Source: a virus | Lineage: Duplodnaviria > Caudoviricetes | IMG/VR virus record: IMGVR_UViG_3300027586_001442 | Location: 1 to 54,992 of that record | Length of the DNA: 54,992 nucleotides | Reading direction: 5' to 3' (one strand) | Shown: positions 37,498 to 47,534 of the stretch, piece by piece | Numbering within the stretch: the stretch's first letter is position 1 | Layout: each line of letters opens with the position of its first letter | Position numbers and translations under genes: made by a program | Notes under the pieces: generated by a model | What the model saw: the letters and a program-made list of their open reading frames with translations, nothing else | Database searches by the model: none | What the model was told of the DNA's origin: nothing

Positions 37498-39960
37498 TCA
37501 CGCGGGTACAAAAGGACCTTCGCCTGTGGGGTTGGAAGAGACCGGAGTGGGGTCTGCGTCGCTTTGAGTCGCGTACTTCCAGTATCCGCCTAGTCCCCCA
37601 TTTTTGGCCATCGAGAAGTATGCGGCCTTGTACCATTCGTTTTCTGTTGGAATCCAATACGAAGCCCCGGAAATCTTTGTCGCGCTTGTTCCACTGATGG
37701 CGTAGGCCCCGTTTTCTGTGGTGCTTGCGTTTTGTAATCCGGTCGGCCTGCCGTTGTGCAGCCAATTGCAGTACCTGGCGCATGCCAACCAGTTGACAAA
37801 GTTCACGGGCTTGCCTCCCATGCTGGCCTTGACGGAATGAAAATAACTCCCAGCAACGCTACTGCGGGTTATTCCTCCGCGGGATTCACTGGCCATGTTC
37901 GTGCTGTAGAGTCCATAGGTGTCCGTAGACGCCACGGCATTCAAAAATTCAACATACTGACTTTGAGTTACAGTATATTTGGAAATTTGATAGGTATAAT
38001 TAACAGAGCCGTACGCGGTGGTGTCGGCCGATCCGAGTACATCTCCCACACTTACGAAGTCTGAAATGCTCAATGGATTAAGGGAACTCGCCACTCTGAA
38101 TCCAACATCATATGACCTGTTGCTCACTCCGTAGAAAGTTCTGTATGAACTAGAGATATAGAAAGTCTGAAAATCCACAGATGGAGCGACGCTGACCCAA
38201 GAGCCACCGCGAATGCACCGGCTCGTTCCCGATGCGGCCTCGTTCCACTCCCAAACATTTCCGCTCTGATCCAATGTTCCGTAATAGCTGGGACCTCCGT
38301 TTGTTCCCACGGTCGTCAGGTTTCCATCCTGCCCGTTCCAGTCCGCCACTCTGTTGTAATTGGCGTAATTGTACCCAATTTGCGTGGGCGTTGGTGTCTG
38401 GGTTGGTGTGGCTGTAGCCGTTGGAGTTGAAGTAGGTGTCTGGGTTGGCGTGGCTGTCGCTGTAGGTGTTGAAGTAGGTGTCTGAGTTGGCGTGGCTGTT
38501 GCCGTGGGCGTTGAAGTTGGTGTGGCTGTCGCCGTAGGCGTTGCCGTAGGTGTCTGGGTTGGTGTGGCTGTCGCTGTAGGTGTTGCCGTAGGTGTCTGGG
38601 TTGGTGTGGCTGTTGCCGTTGGAGTGCGTGTGGGTGTGGCTGTAGCCGTTGGAGTTGGAGTTGAAGTAGGTGTCTGGGTTGGTGTGGCTGTCGCTGTAGG
38701 TGTTGCCGTAGGTGATGAAGGATTTACAAGCGTCAAAACTCCGACTGGAACACTAATCGTATTGTTTCCACTTGGTGTCATAGCGGGCCATGTGGAACTT
38801 ATTCCATTGGCAGTTCCGGAACTCGCATTTCCTGTGTACTGATATACCGGCCTTCCATTTACAATCAAATGTCTGTTCAGGCCTTCTGTAATTGTTGCAG
38901 ATATACCCGCACCCACTTGAAGTGCGCCTTGTATAAGAACATACGGCCACGCCGATCCCGCGTAGGAAGGAGACGAGTTTGAGTCGGGAGCAAATTTGTA
39001 TATGGTCCTCAATTGTGATGTCGCCGAACCACCACTGGTGGGGCCAGCATACGCATTTGAAACTTGCAAATATTCATTTCCAACATCATCATATGATATG
39101 TGAAGCGTGGTGTTGATATCTTGCTCTGCTTGCGTGGAAGTCGGAGTGTTTGTGGGCGTTGCTGTGAGAGTAGGGGTGGAAGTCGGAGTGCTTGTGGGCG
39201 TTGCTGTGAGAGTAGGAGTGGAAGTTACAGTAAGTGTCGGGGTCGGAGTCGGCGTGGGTACGAGCGGATAGAAGTCAACGCGACCCGGAGCGTTGAATGA
39301 CCCCACAAATGTTGACTGATATTCAACTGAACTCCCATTTGAAATTGCGGCGAATGCAAATGGCATTCCGAGGTAAGGATGAGTGAACGTAACCGTTGCG
39401 ACCTGAACATCCGACACATATATGTTCATGTTGGCAGGCAGGCCACTGAAGTCGTACAGGGAATTAAAAGAAAGAGTATTGCCCGGTTCGGAAACAAGCA
39501 CCACTCCAAATTGAGCGGGGGACACTCCGCCCGGAGGTGAAGTCATGACTATGTAGGGAGCGGGGGTGGAGGTCAGTGTGGGCGTGAGGGTCGGGGTCGG
39601 GGTCAGCGTAGACGTCGGTGTGCGAGTGGGCGTCGATGTCGGCGTGAGTGTGGGGGTCGGGGTCAGTGTGGACGTCGGTGTCGGTGTGGGAGGCAACAGA
39701 TTCGGAGGTACCTGATCGGGTTCCGAATAAAGAACGTATCCAAGATTGTTTCTGTCGCTTTGCAAGAAGTAGAATTCAAACTTTTCCAAAGAGTCAAATG
39801 AATTGAATATTGAATCGCTTTCCCAAAGATCCAAAGAAAGTCCGTCCGCGCTGACCTTCCAAGCCGCAATCATGTAGGGCCGGCCCAGCAGAGAGTCTAT
39901 TGGCCGAGAGTCAGTCAAAAACTGTATGAACTCCAATTTTCTCGTGATTACCTTCGGCAT
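37498..39960 (-). CDS. Modular adhesin-like protein (820 aa): PT linkers, GRVDF domain, COG4315-like domain, circularly permuted FGE/CLec domain
   Basis: GNVWEW...RGGSW...GFRVAS precedes [18 protein letters not shown]...[11 protein letters not shown]; long (TP/TA)n tracts. Confidence 0.85.
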   Translation of the reverse strand: MPKVITRKLEFIQFLTDSRPIDSLLGRPYMIAAWKVSADGLSLDLWESDSIFNSFDSLEKFEFYFLQSDRNNLGYVLYSEPDQVPPNLLPPTPTPTSTLTPTPTLTPTSTPTRTPTSTLTPTPTLTPTLTSTPAPYIVMTSPPGGVSPAQFGVVLVSEPGNTLSFNSLYDFSGLPANMNIYVSDVQVATVTFTHPYLGMPFAFAAISNGSSVEYQSTFVGSFNAPGRVDFYPLVPTPTPTPTLTVTSTPTLTATPTSTPTSTPTLTATPTNTPTSTQAEQDINTTLHISYDDVGNEYLQVSNAYAGPTSGGSATSQLRTIYKFAPDSNSSPSYAGSAWPYVLIQGALQVGAGISATITEGLNRHLIVNGRPVYQYTGNASSGTANGISSTWPAMTPSGNNTISVPVGVLTLVNPSSPTATPTATATPTQTPTSTPTPTATATPTRTPTATATPTQTPTATPTATATPTQTPTATPTATATPTSTPTATATPTQTPTSTPTATATPTQTPTSTPTATATPTQTPTPTQIGYNYANYNRVADWNGQDGNLTTVGTNGGPSYYGTLDQSGNVWEWNEAASGTSRCIRGGSWVSVAPSVDFQTFYISSSYRTFYGVSNRSYDVGFRVASSLNPLSISDFVSVGDVLGSADTTAYGSVNYTYQISKYTVTQSQYVEFLNAVASTDTYGLYSTNMASESRGGITRSSVAGSYFHSVKASMGGKPVNFVNWLACARYCNWLHNGRPTGLQNASTTENGAYAISGTSATKISGASYWIPTENEWYKAAYFSMAKNGGLGGYWKYATQSDADPTPVSSNPTGEGPFVPA

Positions 39961-39968
39961 CGCTCTCC

Positions 39969-42900
39969 TTAGAAATCCACCCTTCCATCGGCCTCAAAGG
40001 AACCCAGGTATACAGCTCCAGTACTTCTTGTGAATTTGAACCCTTGGCCGATGTAAGCATTCGTCACGGAAAGTGAGGCGACCTGCACGTTTGACACCCA
40101 TATTTTGATGCTCGTGAACGATTGAGACCCGGTTGAACTTATCGTGTTGTAAGAAATGCTGCTGCCCGCGGTGGAATTAAGAGTTATTCCGTCTCCGTTG
40201 ACCGTGCTCGTCCCAGTTGGAATCGTGATAGTGGTGTTGTAGATTGAGCCATTGTTTGTTGGTGTCAATGTAGGTGTGGGAGTTTGAGTTGGCGTGGGTG
40301 TGCTTGTACTTGTCGGAGTCAATGTGGGCGTCGGGGTTGGTGCTATTACGCTCAAATATATGAATTCACTCTCTACCGCATATCCCTCTCTTGAGTCACT
40401 ACTAATCACTACAAAACGAGCATTGTTCAATGATGAGGTTGCCGTAAATCTTAAGTAGCCAACAATCGCTCCTGGCCCCGTGCCATTAGCGATTTGAGAA
40501 TTTTCATAGTCTGGATGGATGTATGTGATGTTATCACCTTGGAATTCCACTATGGTAGTCCATTGAGATTGAACCGGGTCAAAAACTCTCCAATGTGTAA
40601 TTTGTGGAAACTCATAAGATGAATTAACCAACATCATAGTGTAATCAAGGGTAACAGACGATCCAAGCTCTGCCACCCTTGGATTTTCAGCCGAACTGGG
40701 AAATTGTTGTGGCAAGAAATAGGCGCCAACTGGCTCTGTCGGTGTTTGAGTCGGCGTGAGTGTAGGCGTGCTTGTCCTTGTTGGCGTGAGTGTAGGCGTT
40801 GATGTAGGAGTCGGAGTCGGAGTCGGAGTGGGGGTTGGCACAGGACAGGACGAGATGCTTGCGAGACGAAAACCGATGATGCTGCTCCCGAACGACAGAC
40901 CGATGAAGTTGCGACTCGAGGACGACACAACGCTGGAATAGTTGCCCCAATTGCCGCCCCGGAGCCCACGAGACGACCCGGCGGTGCCATCCAGATCGTT
41001 CCACTGAGATACGTTGCCTGTTTGGTCAAAAGTGCCGTAGAAACTTCCGCTGCCACTAAACGAGTCCACGTCAGTACTGTGGCCGATGGCACCATTGTAG
41101 TTGGCCTGATTGGCACTGCTGCCGATCGTGGTGCCGGGGGCAGAGTTACTCTGCGTGGCGAAAGCATAGTAGCCGCCGATACCAGAGCCACCGTAATTGG
41201 GCGAGTAGTACGCCGCCTTGTACCACTCGTTCTCAAGCGGTATTCGGAATATCGGAGCCAAGCCCGTATTCGGGTTGGTGGCGTTGGCGGCCACGGCATT
41301 GCCTGAAGTGGCGCCGTTCAAGTTGTAAGCGCCGTTTTCAGTCGTCGTGCTGGTCTGGGCTCCGCTTGGCTGGCCGTTGCTCATCCAGTTGGAAAACCTC
41401 GCACAGTCAAACCAGCTCACATACGAAATCGGACGGTTGCCAGTGCTGTTTAGAACGGTGTACGTGTAACTTCCAGTGGTGCCAGAGCGGCTGATTTGGG
41501 CAACATCGGTGTCTGTGCCCATGCTTGCGTTGTAGAGACCGTAGGTGTCGGTCGCGGCTACGGCATTTAAGAACGCCGTGTACTGCGAGCCCGTCACGTC
41601 GTACTTCCCGATCTGGTACGAGTACGACACGGCACCATACAGGCCGTCGGCGGCGTTGCCAGGATTGCCAACCGTCACCATAGTCATATTAAATAGGGGC
41701 GTGTCGGTGGCGTCTCCATCTATTGTCGCCTGAACTGGTTTTGGAATCAAATCGCTTTGGGTAGCATAAACCCAATAGCCAGCATTAGTACTTCCACCCT
41801 TATAATAAGCCGCTTTATACCATTCATTTTCATTGGGAATGTAATAGAGAGCTCCGGAATTTTTAGTTACAGCATTTTGACCAGTTAGTTCAACTAGCGT
41901 ATATGCCCCAGTTTCTGTACTGCCATTACCCTTCTCGTTATGAAGCCAATTACAATATCGGGCGCAGTCAAACCAAGAAACATAATTTACTGGTTTGTTT
42001 TCATAGTTGTTTTTCACAACATAGGTATAACCTCCAGAACTTCCAGATCTAGTAATTCCCCCTCTGGAAGCACCCATATTCGCATGATATAATTCATGAG
42101 AGTCGGTTTTGGCCACAGCATTCAAAAATTCAGCATACTCGGTGTTGGTAACAAGAAGCGCTCCAATTTTATAATCATAAGCAACGGCACCATAACTGGG
42201 GTAACTACTACTGCTGGACGAACTGCCGCCACGGCTCGTATCAGCGGCGTTCTCGGCATCTCCCACATCTACAAAATTAGGAAGACCTAAAAGATTAAGA
42301 GAGGATGCGATACGAAAACCTATGGTGACGGCGTACCCGTACGGCGGGGCCAAGTTGTTGTGATACGAGGACGACAAGCTGTCGGAACTGTTGCTCCAGC
42401 TGCCGCCCCGGTAGCCAACATGACCCATATTGAGTGGCTGGTACAGATCATACCATTGAGATACGTTGCCGGTTTGGTCATATGTCCCATAAGCAGAAGG
42501 CCCGCCATTGGTTCCAACACTTGTGACGTTACCATCTTGACCGTCCCAGTCCGCAACGCTGTTGTAGTTACCAGAATTGCATCCTGCTATTATGCCGGAC
42601 GAACTGCTGCTGGATGAACTGCTGCCGGACGAACTGCCGCTGGATGAACCGCCGCTGGATGAACTGCTACTGGATGAACTGCTACTGGATGAACTGCTAC
42701 TGGATGAACTGCTACTGGATGAACTGCTACTGGATGAACTGCTACTGGATGAACTGCTACTGGATGAACTGCTACTGGATGAACCACCGCCGCTGGATGA
42801 ACTGCTACTGGATGAACTGCTACTGGATGAACCACCACCGCTGGATGAACCGCTACTGGATGAACTGCTACTGAATGAGCCGCTACTGGATGAACTGCTA

Positions 42901-45341
42901 CTGAATGAACCGCCGCTGGATGAACTGCTGCTGCCGCTGCTGATGCTTGAGCCACCACCACCATTTGGCCCGCCACCGCCGTCGTCACCAGATGCCTCAC
43001 ATCCCGTGTTGTCGCCGTTTGCTTTGTAGCCCTCTTCGCAATAGCATGATCCATCATTGCCCAACACGGTGTTCGCGGGACATCCACCTGGTCCTGGTCC
43101 TGGTCCTGCACCACCTGGACCACCACCTGGCACGCCACCACCACCTGGCACGGCACCACCACCATTTGGCCCGCCACCGCCGCCACCCGGTCCAACCGGG
43201 CCTGCCTCTCCCTGTGCGGGGCAACCGGCGAGCGAGAATACGTCCGCCATGAAATCAGCCGGTACCGGCTGTCTGGTCGCGTTGCACAAGCACAAGCATT
43301 CGCCTTGGAAAACTCCGCCCGTCTGTCCGACAGGGCATTCCTTCAGATTTGGAACGCACTTGGTTCTACCAATTTCATCAGGATCGGGGACTAACTTCTG
43401 GCAAGGGTTTGTGCATTTGCACTCGCATTCGCCATTTAAAACCTCGCCCGTCTGTCCGACAGAGCAAAATGGCACGCACTCGTCTCCGTCTTGATTCCCC
43501 AACATAAACTCGCAAGGATCTGTGCACTTGCAGTCACCGGCTACGCAAGTTGATCCGGCCGGACACGTCTTGGGAACACATACTCCATCTTCATTTTTTT
43601 CTTCACACGGGCCAACACATGCGCATTCGCAAGGAGAAGGGCCGGAGTCTGAATTTCGTTCTTGTCCGTCCGGACATGCTGGATGGCATTTTTGGCCGCA
43701 ATATGTTTCGGGGTCAACGCACGCGACACAATCTCCGGTATTAGGATCCCTCGCTGGAGTGGGATCGGAGCAAATGGGTGCGCAACGTTCTGAATTCTGT
43801 CCTTGTTTATTCCATATTGTTGTTCCCGGAGGGCAACATTGGCAAGGCGTGTCATCGCCGCCAGAGTACCCCTCGGCATTCAGTCTTCCCGGCCCGCCAA
43901 CGGCGCATGGCTCGTAACACTCACTGCTACAGTTCACCATGCCATTGACGGGGGATACATCAGTTCCGCCGTAGCAATCTTTGCATTCGCACTCATTTGT
44001 TTGGGAATTAAACTTCGGGGCCTTGTCCATACCACACTGGTCCACACACTCGCCTGTCGGAGAACCATAACACAGTTGTTCTTCACAAGGACAAATACCC
44101 GCCGGATCGGGCTGGGAACAGCTGGACGAGCCAGGTGTCAATGTGAGCGTTGGCGTGGGTGTTTGAGTTGGCGTGAGTGTTGGTGTTTGATTTGGCGTTG
44201 ATGTCGGCGTGAGTGTGGGGGTTGGGGTCGGGGCTTTACAAGCCTTGTAGCACGCGTCATAGGTCTTGAATTCGGCCGAACCATTCACCTCTTTGCATTC
44301 TAAATTCACGCAATCGTAGTTTGCGCAACCCAACTTGAGGCATTCCTCTTCGGAGCTATATGATCCCTGGGGGTCTTGTTCGCATTTATATGTAAAGGTG
44401 TTGCATTTGTATTTAAATTCGCTTGCGCTTGCTGTTGGCGTTAGTGTTGGCGTTGGTGCCGGTGTTTGTGTTGGCGTCGTGCATGGGTATCCGTATACAT
44501 TTTTGCACGGCACTAGACCGCCGGTATACGTATTTTCTCCGCACTGACAGCAGCAATCCCGTTCGCTATCATATTGACCGTCTACTCTCTTTTTGCAAGT
44601 TCCATTTATACATGAATATTTCGTACAACTGACCGCTTGCATTGTAACGCCATCAAAGGAAGTCGACGAGCATCTTCCTTCGGCGTAGGAGATTGCAAAT
44701 AGATCTCCTTCCAATTCGGCTCGCATAACATATTCTTCGTAGCAGCCATCTACGCAGCCACTTTCCTCACACCAGTTTACAATCTTGCAACTCGAGGATG
44801 ACGAACTTGAACCGCTTGAACTGGAGGTGCTAGAGGGTTCTTTGGGCTCTTTGGGCTCTTCGGACGACGAACTTGAGCCCGACGAACTTGAACCCGACGA
44901 GCTTGAACCCGACGAACTTGAACCCGACGAACTTGAACCCGTGGAGCTTGAACCCGTGGAGCTTGAACCCGTGGAACTTGAACCCGTGGAACTTGAACCC
45001 GTGGAACTCGAGGATTCCGATGTGCTCGAGGATTCCGACGTGCTTGAACCCGACGTGCTTGAGGGATCGGGTGGATTGGGTATTTGCCTGCAAACCCCGT
45101 CGGCTCCAAAGGTGAATATCGTTTGGGCGTTCACCGTCGGCACTTCCGAAGAAGATTCCAAGGGCATTCCTGCAAGATAACCCATGGGCGCGCCCACGCC
45201 CACGCAACCCTCTTTGCATGCAAACCCAACAGTCCAGTTTGGGACCCTGCATTCTGCGGTGGTAGAGCTTCCTTCGCTATGCTTATCTAGCGTGAATACC
45301 AGTTCCTCGAATAATTTTCTGATGTTTTGGCCAAGTCTCAT
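39969..45341 (-). CDS. Giant mosaic adhesin-like protein (1790 aa): Cys-rich repeats, poly-Ser, permuted plus canonical FGE/CLec domains, Ig-like domain, GRVDF domain
   Basis: Continuous ORF; two ENEWYKAAY and two GNVSQW...RGG.W...GFR motif sets; many CxC and CP.G repeats. Confidence 0.88.
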   Translation of the reverse strand: MRLGQNIRKLFEELVFTLDKHSEGSSTTAECRVPNWTVGFACKEGCVGVGAPMGYLAGMPLESSSEVPTVNAQTIFTFGADGVCRQIPNPPDPSSTSGSSTSESSSTSESSSSTGSSSTGSSSTGSSSTGSSSTGSSSSGSSSSGSSSSGSSSSGSSSSSEEPKEPKEPSSTSSSSGSSSSSSSCKIVNWCEESGCVDGCYEEYVMRAELEGDLFAISYAEGRCSSTSFDGVTMQAVSCTKYSCINGTCKKRVDGQYDSERDCCCQCGENTYTGGLVPCKNVYGYPCTTPTQTPAPTPTLTPTASASEFKYKCNTFTYKCEQDPQGSYSSEEECLKLGCANYDCVNLECKEVNGSAEFKTYDACYKACKAPTPTPTLTPTSTPNQTPTLTPTQTPTPTLTLTPGSSSCSQPDPAGICPCEEQLCYGSPTGECVDQCGMDKAPKFNSQTNECECKDCYGGTDVSPVNGMVNCSSECYEPCAVGGPGRLNAEGYSGGDDTPCQCCPPGTTIWNKQGQNSERCAPICSDPTPARDPNTGDCVACVDPETYCGQKCHPACPDGQERNSDSGPSPCECACVGPCEEKNEDGVCVPKTCPAGSTCVAGDCKCTDPCEFMLGNQDGDECVPFCSVGQTGEVLNGECECKCTNPCQKLVPDPDEIGRTKCVPNLKECPVGQTGGVFQGECLCLCNATRQPVPADFMADVFSLAGCPAQGEAGPVGPGGGGGGPNGGGAVPGGGGVPGGGPGGAGPGPGPGGCPANTVLGNDGSCYCEEGYKANGDNTGCEASGDDGGGGPNGGGGSSISSGSSSSSSGGSFSSSSSSSGSFSSSSSSSGSSSGGGSSSSSSSSSSSSSGGGSSSSSSSSSSSSSSSSSSSSSSSSSSSSSSSSSSSSSSSSSSSGGSSSGSSSGSSSSSSSSSGIIAGCNSGNYNSVADWDGQDGNVTSVGTNGGPSAYGTYDQTGNVSQWYDLYQPLNMGHVGYRGGSWSNSSDSLSSSYHNNLAPPYGYAVTIGFRIASSLNLLGLPNFVDVGDAENAADTSRGGSSSSSSSYPSYGAVAYDYKIGALLVTNTEYAEFLNAVAKTDSHELYHANMGASRGGITRSGSSGGYTYVVKNNYENKPVNYVSWFDCARYCNWLHNEKGNGSTETGAYTLVELTGQNAVTKNSGALYYIPNENEWYKAAYYKGGSTNAGYWVYATQSDLIPKPVQATIDGDATDTPLFNMTMVTVGNPGNAADGLYGAVSYSYQIGKYDVTGSQYTAFLNAVAATDTYGLYNASMGTDTDVAQISRSGTTGSYTYTVLNSTGNRPISYVSWFDCARFSNWMSNGQPSGAQTSTTTENGAYNLNGATSGNAVAANATNPNTGLAPIFRIPLENEWYKAAYYSPNYGGSGIGGYYAFATQSNSAPGTTIGSSANQANYNGAIGHSTDVDSFSGSGSFYGTFDQTGNVSQWNDLDGTAGSSRGLRGGNWGNYSSVVSSSSRNFIGLSFGSSIIGFRLASISSCPVPTPTPTPTPTPTSTPTLTPTRTSTPTLTPTQTPTEPVGAYFLPQQFPSSAENPRVAELGSSVTLDYTMMLVNSSYEFPQITHWRVFDPVQSQWTTIVEFQGDNITYIHPDYENSQIANGTGPGAIVGYLRFTATSSLNNARFVVISSDSREGYAVESEFIYLSVIAPTPTPTLTPTSTSTPTPTQTPTPTLTPTNNGSIYNTTITIPTGTSTVNGDGITLNSTAGSSISYNTISSTGSQSFTSIKIWVSNVQVASLSVTNAYIGQGFKFTRSTGAVYLGSFEADGRVDF
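42595..42935 (-). repeat. 15-bp tandem array coding poly-Ser/Gly
   Basis: TGGATGAACTGCTAC and variants, about 22 units, with a perfect run at ~42655-42785. Confidence 0.95.
44865..45062 (-). repeat. 15-bp tandem array coding [10 protein letters not shown]
   Basis: GAACTTGAACCCG(AC/TG) units, plus a few 18-bp variants. Confidence 0.92.
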
Positions 45342-45429
45342 GTGTTTTTAAAATCCATGCCGGCTCAAGTGGCGGAACGGCGTGGTTCAAAACATTCCTT
45401 GTTTGCGACAATTACTTCCCTGCCGGTGG

Positions 45430-45437
45430 TATATATA
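45430..45437. promoter_or_regulatory. TATATA motif between divergent genes
   Basis: TATATATA between starts 45341(-) and 45475(+). Confidence 0.55.
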
Positions 45438-45474
45438 GATAAAATTACAATTTGACACCGAAAGGAATCTTAAA

Positions 45475-46908
45475 ATGAGATTTTCCACGTGGCTTTTTGC
45501 CGAGGAACAGCAGAACACGGCGATAAGAAGCAGAAAAGACCCTAATCCAAAAGACCCCAACAAGAGCTTTCTTGTTCTCTATGGGAATACGGCTCCCATT
45601 TCGTCCGAACTCAAGAGGCTCGGCTTCGGTTTCTTCAGACCGGCGGCCACATGGTCTACCTCGTCGCTTCGAGTTGACGACCAGATGAGGGAAAGGCTCA
45701 AGTCGCTCGGCATAGACATGAGCGGATACGATTCTCCCGTAGAAACACCTAGGACGCCCCTTCAGGTACAGCCAGAAACGCCGGCAGACGAAACCCTGGA
45801 AAGAATGCACGGGGAGCTTGGCAAGGTCTTCGCGGACGACCCGAAGACACAAGAACTCATCAATAGCATTGATAGCATGATAGAGAGGATAGCCAACAGC
45901 ACCGATGAGGCGGCGAAACAGGCCTTCATCAGGAATTTTTTCCAATTCTCGGGCAAGTTCTACAACTACAGCATGCACAACCAGTTCTTGATTTGGATAC
46001 AGACCAAGGGAAGGGCCAACCACGTGGCCGGAGCGAAGCAGTGGGAACAGAAGTTCGGCCGGTCCGTTAGAGACTGGAAATCTTCCATCTCTATCCTCAT
46101 GCCGATCACTAAAGAAAAAGAATCGCTAAATGCGAAGACGGGCGAGCTCCAGACAGACAAGAGGGTCTTCTTCAAGACCACAAAAGTGTACGACGTGAGT
46201 GCCACCGTGCCGATCCCCGGACACCCCAGCTCCTTCGAGCCCATGACCAGGAAACAGTGGAGTGTGGACTCGAACGAGGACGCTGAGGAAATAAACAAAT
46301 ATATAAAGGCCGCCGAAGACTGGGCCCAAGACCAAGGCATAGAAGTTACTTACGAGAAGTTGGATCCCGAGACGGGAGGCTACTCCGCCGGCGGACGCAT
46401 CGTGATAAACATAGACTTCAAGGGAATAAACCGCTTCAGCACGCTCGTCCACGAATTGGCTCACGAAATTCTTCACTGGAAGGATAAAGACAAAACCTCA
46501 AGCCGAACGGAAAAAGAGATAGACGCCGAACCCAGCGCCGCCATCGTGCTGAGTCACTTCGGCTTCCAGACCAAAGACACGCCCAACTACCTCGCCCTAT
46601 TCGGAGCCAAGGGAGATGACGTACGCTCGAGAAAAACCAACCTACACAAGGCCGCCAAAGAAATAATCAATGGAATAAAAAGCCGGATGGAGAAGTCGGA
46701 GATGAAAGAGAGCCACGATCGTTCTTCCTTGAACATATCATTCGCGGCTTTCGCCAAGGATGGAACCATCATAGCCATAGTCGACGGCAAGAGAAAGAAA
46801 TTCGTCGTAGATGCGATCAACCACGAAAGTCTAAAGAAAATGAAGCCTCTTGATGCCTATGCCAAAATCATGGATATGGTGGCAAATGGTTACGCCCTTG
46901 AAATTTAG
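45475..46908 (+). CDS. ArdC-like ssDNA-binding N-domain fused to an ImmA/IrrE-type zinc metallopeptidase domain
   Basis: FYNYSMHNQFLIWIQ...VAGAKQW...GRSV...ISILMP...FKTTKVYDVSAT; TLVHELAH...EIDAE. Confidence 0.82.
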   Translation: MRFSTWLFAEEQQNTAIRSRKDPNPKDPNKSFLVLYGNTAPISSELKRLGFGFFRPAATWSTSSLRVDDQMRERLKSLGIDMSGYDSPVETPRTPLQVQPETPADETLERMHGELGKVFADDPKTQELINSIDSMIERIANSTDEAAKQAFIRNFFQFSGKFYNYSMHNQFLIWIQTKGRANHVAGAKQWEQKFGRSVRDWKSSISILMPITKEKESLNAKTGELQTDKRVFFKTTKVYDVSATVPIPGHPSSFEPMTRKQWSVDSNEDAEEINKYIKAAEDWAQDQGIEVTYEKLDPETGGYSAGGRIVINIDFKGINRFSTLVHELAHEILHWKDKDKTSSRTEKEIDAEPSAAIVLSHFGFQTKDTPNYLALFGAKGDDVRSRKTNLHKAAKEIINGIKSRMEKSEMKESHDRSSLNISFAAFAKDGTIIAIVDGKRKKFVVDAINHESLKKMKPLDAYAKIMDMVANGYALEI

Positions 46909-47534
46909 AAGTATTTCTTGAAGACGGACTTGTACTTCTGATGAAGTGGTTTTTTATTCTTGATCCCCCTCGTAATCTTTTTGTTGATTTCGGTGGACAT
47001 GTAGGCCTGTATCTCGTCCTTCATGACTCCGGGGCAATAGCCGATGGCCTCAAGGTTTCTCTTGAACCTTGACATGCTGAAGTCGGATAGCCCTCTTGTG
47101 ATGTAGTCCATTTCCGACTTGTATTCAAGATCCGAATAATAAAGAGCGTGGGCAAGTTCGTGCCGGAATGTGGTGTTCTTGAGGGAATCCACGCCCATGA
47201 GGTAATTCCTTTTTCCGTCATCATACAGATCGTCAACTATCTTCTTCATTTCTATGTCGTAGGGCGTCTCAAGTTCATTCATCTCGTAGCATTTCTTCGC
47301 CACCACCAAGGGAAAATTGAAACCTACGAAGTCGTTGGGATAGGAAAACGATCCGAAGTTCTGCTTGCTGTACCACCTGAAGTAGTCCCATATGGAGAAC
47401 TTCTTGTCGCGGAAAGAGCTTCTGGGGCTCTCGTAGAACTCTTGAACCCTGCAGAAGAGCATTGCCCGTTCATAATCGTCCTTGACGACCACCGCGAATA
47501 TGTTCGGCCTTATTTCCTTGATTTTGTATTTCAT
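46905..47534 (-). CDS. Hypothetical protein with HExxH motif
   Basis: Start MKYKIKEI is ATGA-coupled; RHELAHALY...DEIQAY zincin-like motif. Confidence 0.7.
   Translation of the reverse strand: MKYKIKEIRPNIFAVVVKDDYERAMLFCRVQEFYESPRSSFRDKKFSIWDYFRWYSKQNFGSFSYPNDFVGFNFPLVVAKKCYEMNELETPYDIEMKKIVDDLYDDGKRNYLMGVDSLKNTTFRHELAHALYYSDLEYKSEMDYITRGLSDFSMSRFKRNLEAIGYCPGVMKDEIQAYMSTEINKKITRGIKNKKPLHQKYKSVFKKYF

Noticed and set aside
38089-38211. Third FGE segment as an active DGR variable region
   Set aside because: Codons are diverged (TCT, AGA, GGA TTC AGA), there is an insertion, and there is no DNA-level match to the other two.
37498-42575. FGE domains as active sulfatase-maturing enzymes
   Set aside because: The catalytic Cys residues after RGGSW are absent, and the context is linker-rich adhesins.
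42577-43494. ORFs such as (DELLL)n, (MNCYW)n and (VAVHP)n
   Set aside because: These are alternative frames of the 15-bp array and GP tract inside the 1790-aa gene; similar shadows occur at 38492-38842 and 44777-45252.
1-45062. Tandem repeats as CRISPR arrays
   Set aside because: Units are contiguous, multiples of 3 and inside ORFs, with no unique spacers and no cas genes.
37498-45475. A complete DGR cassette in this window
   Set aside because: I found no RT (YxDD) ORF, no Avd-like gene and no non-coding AAC-rich template copy; only target-like segments are supported.
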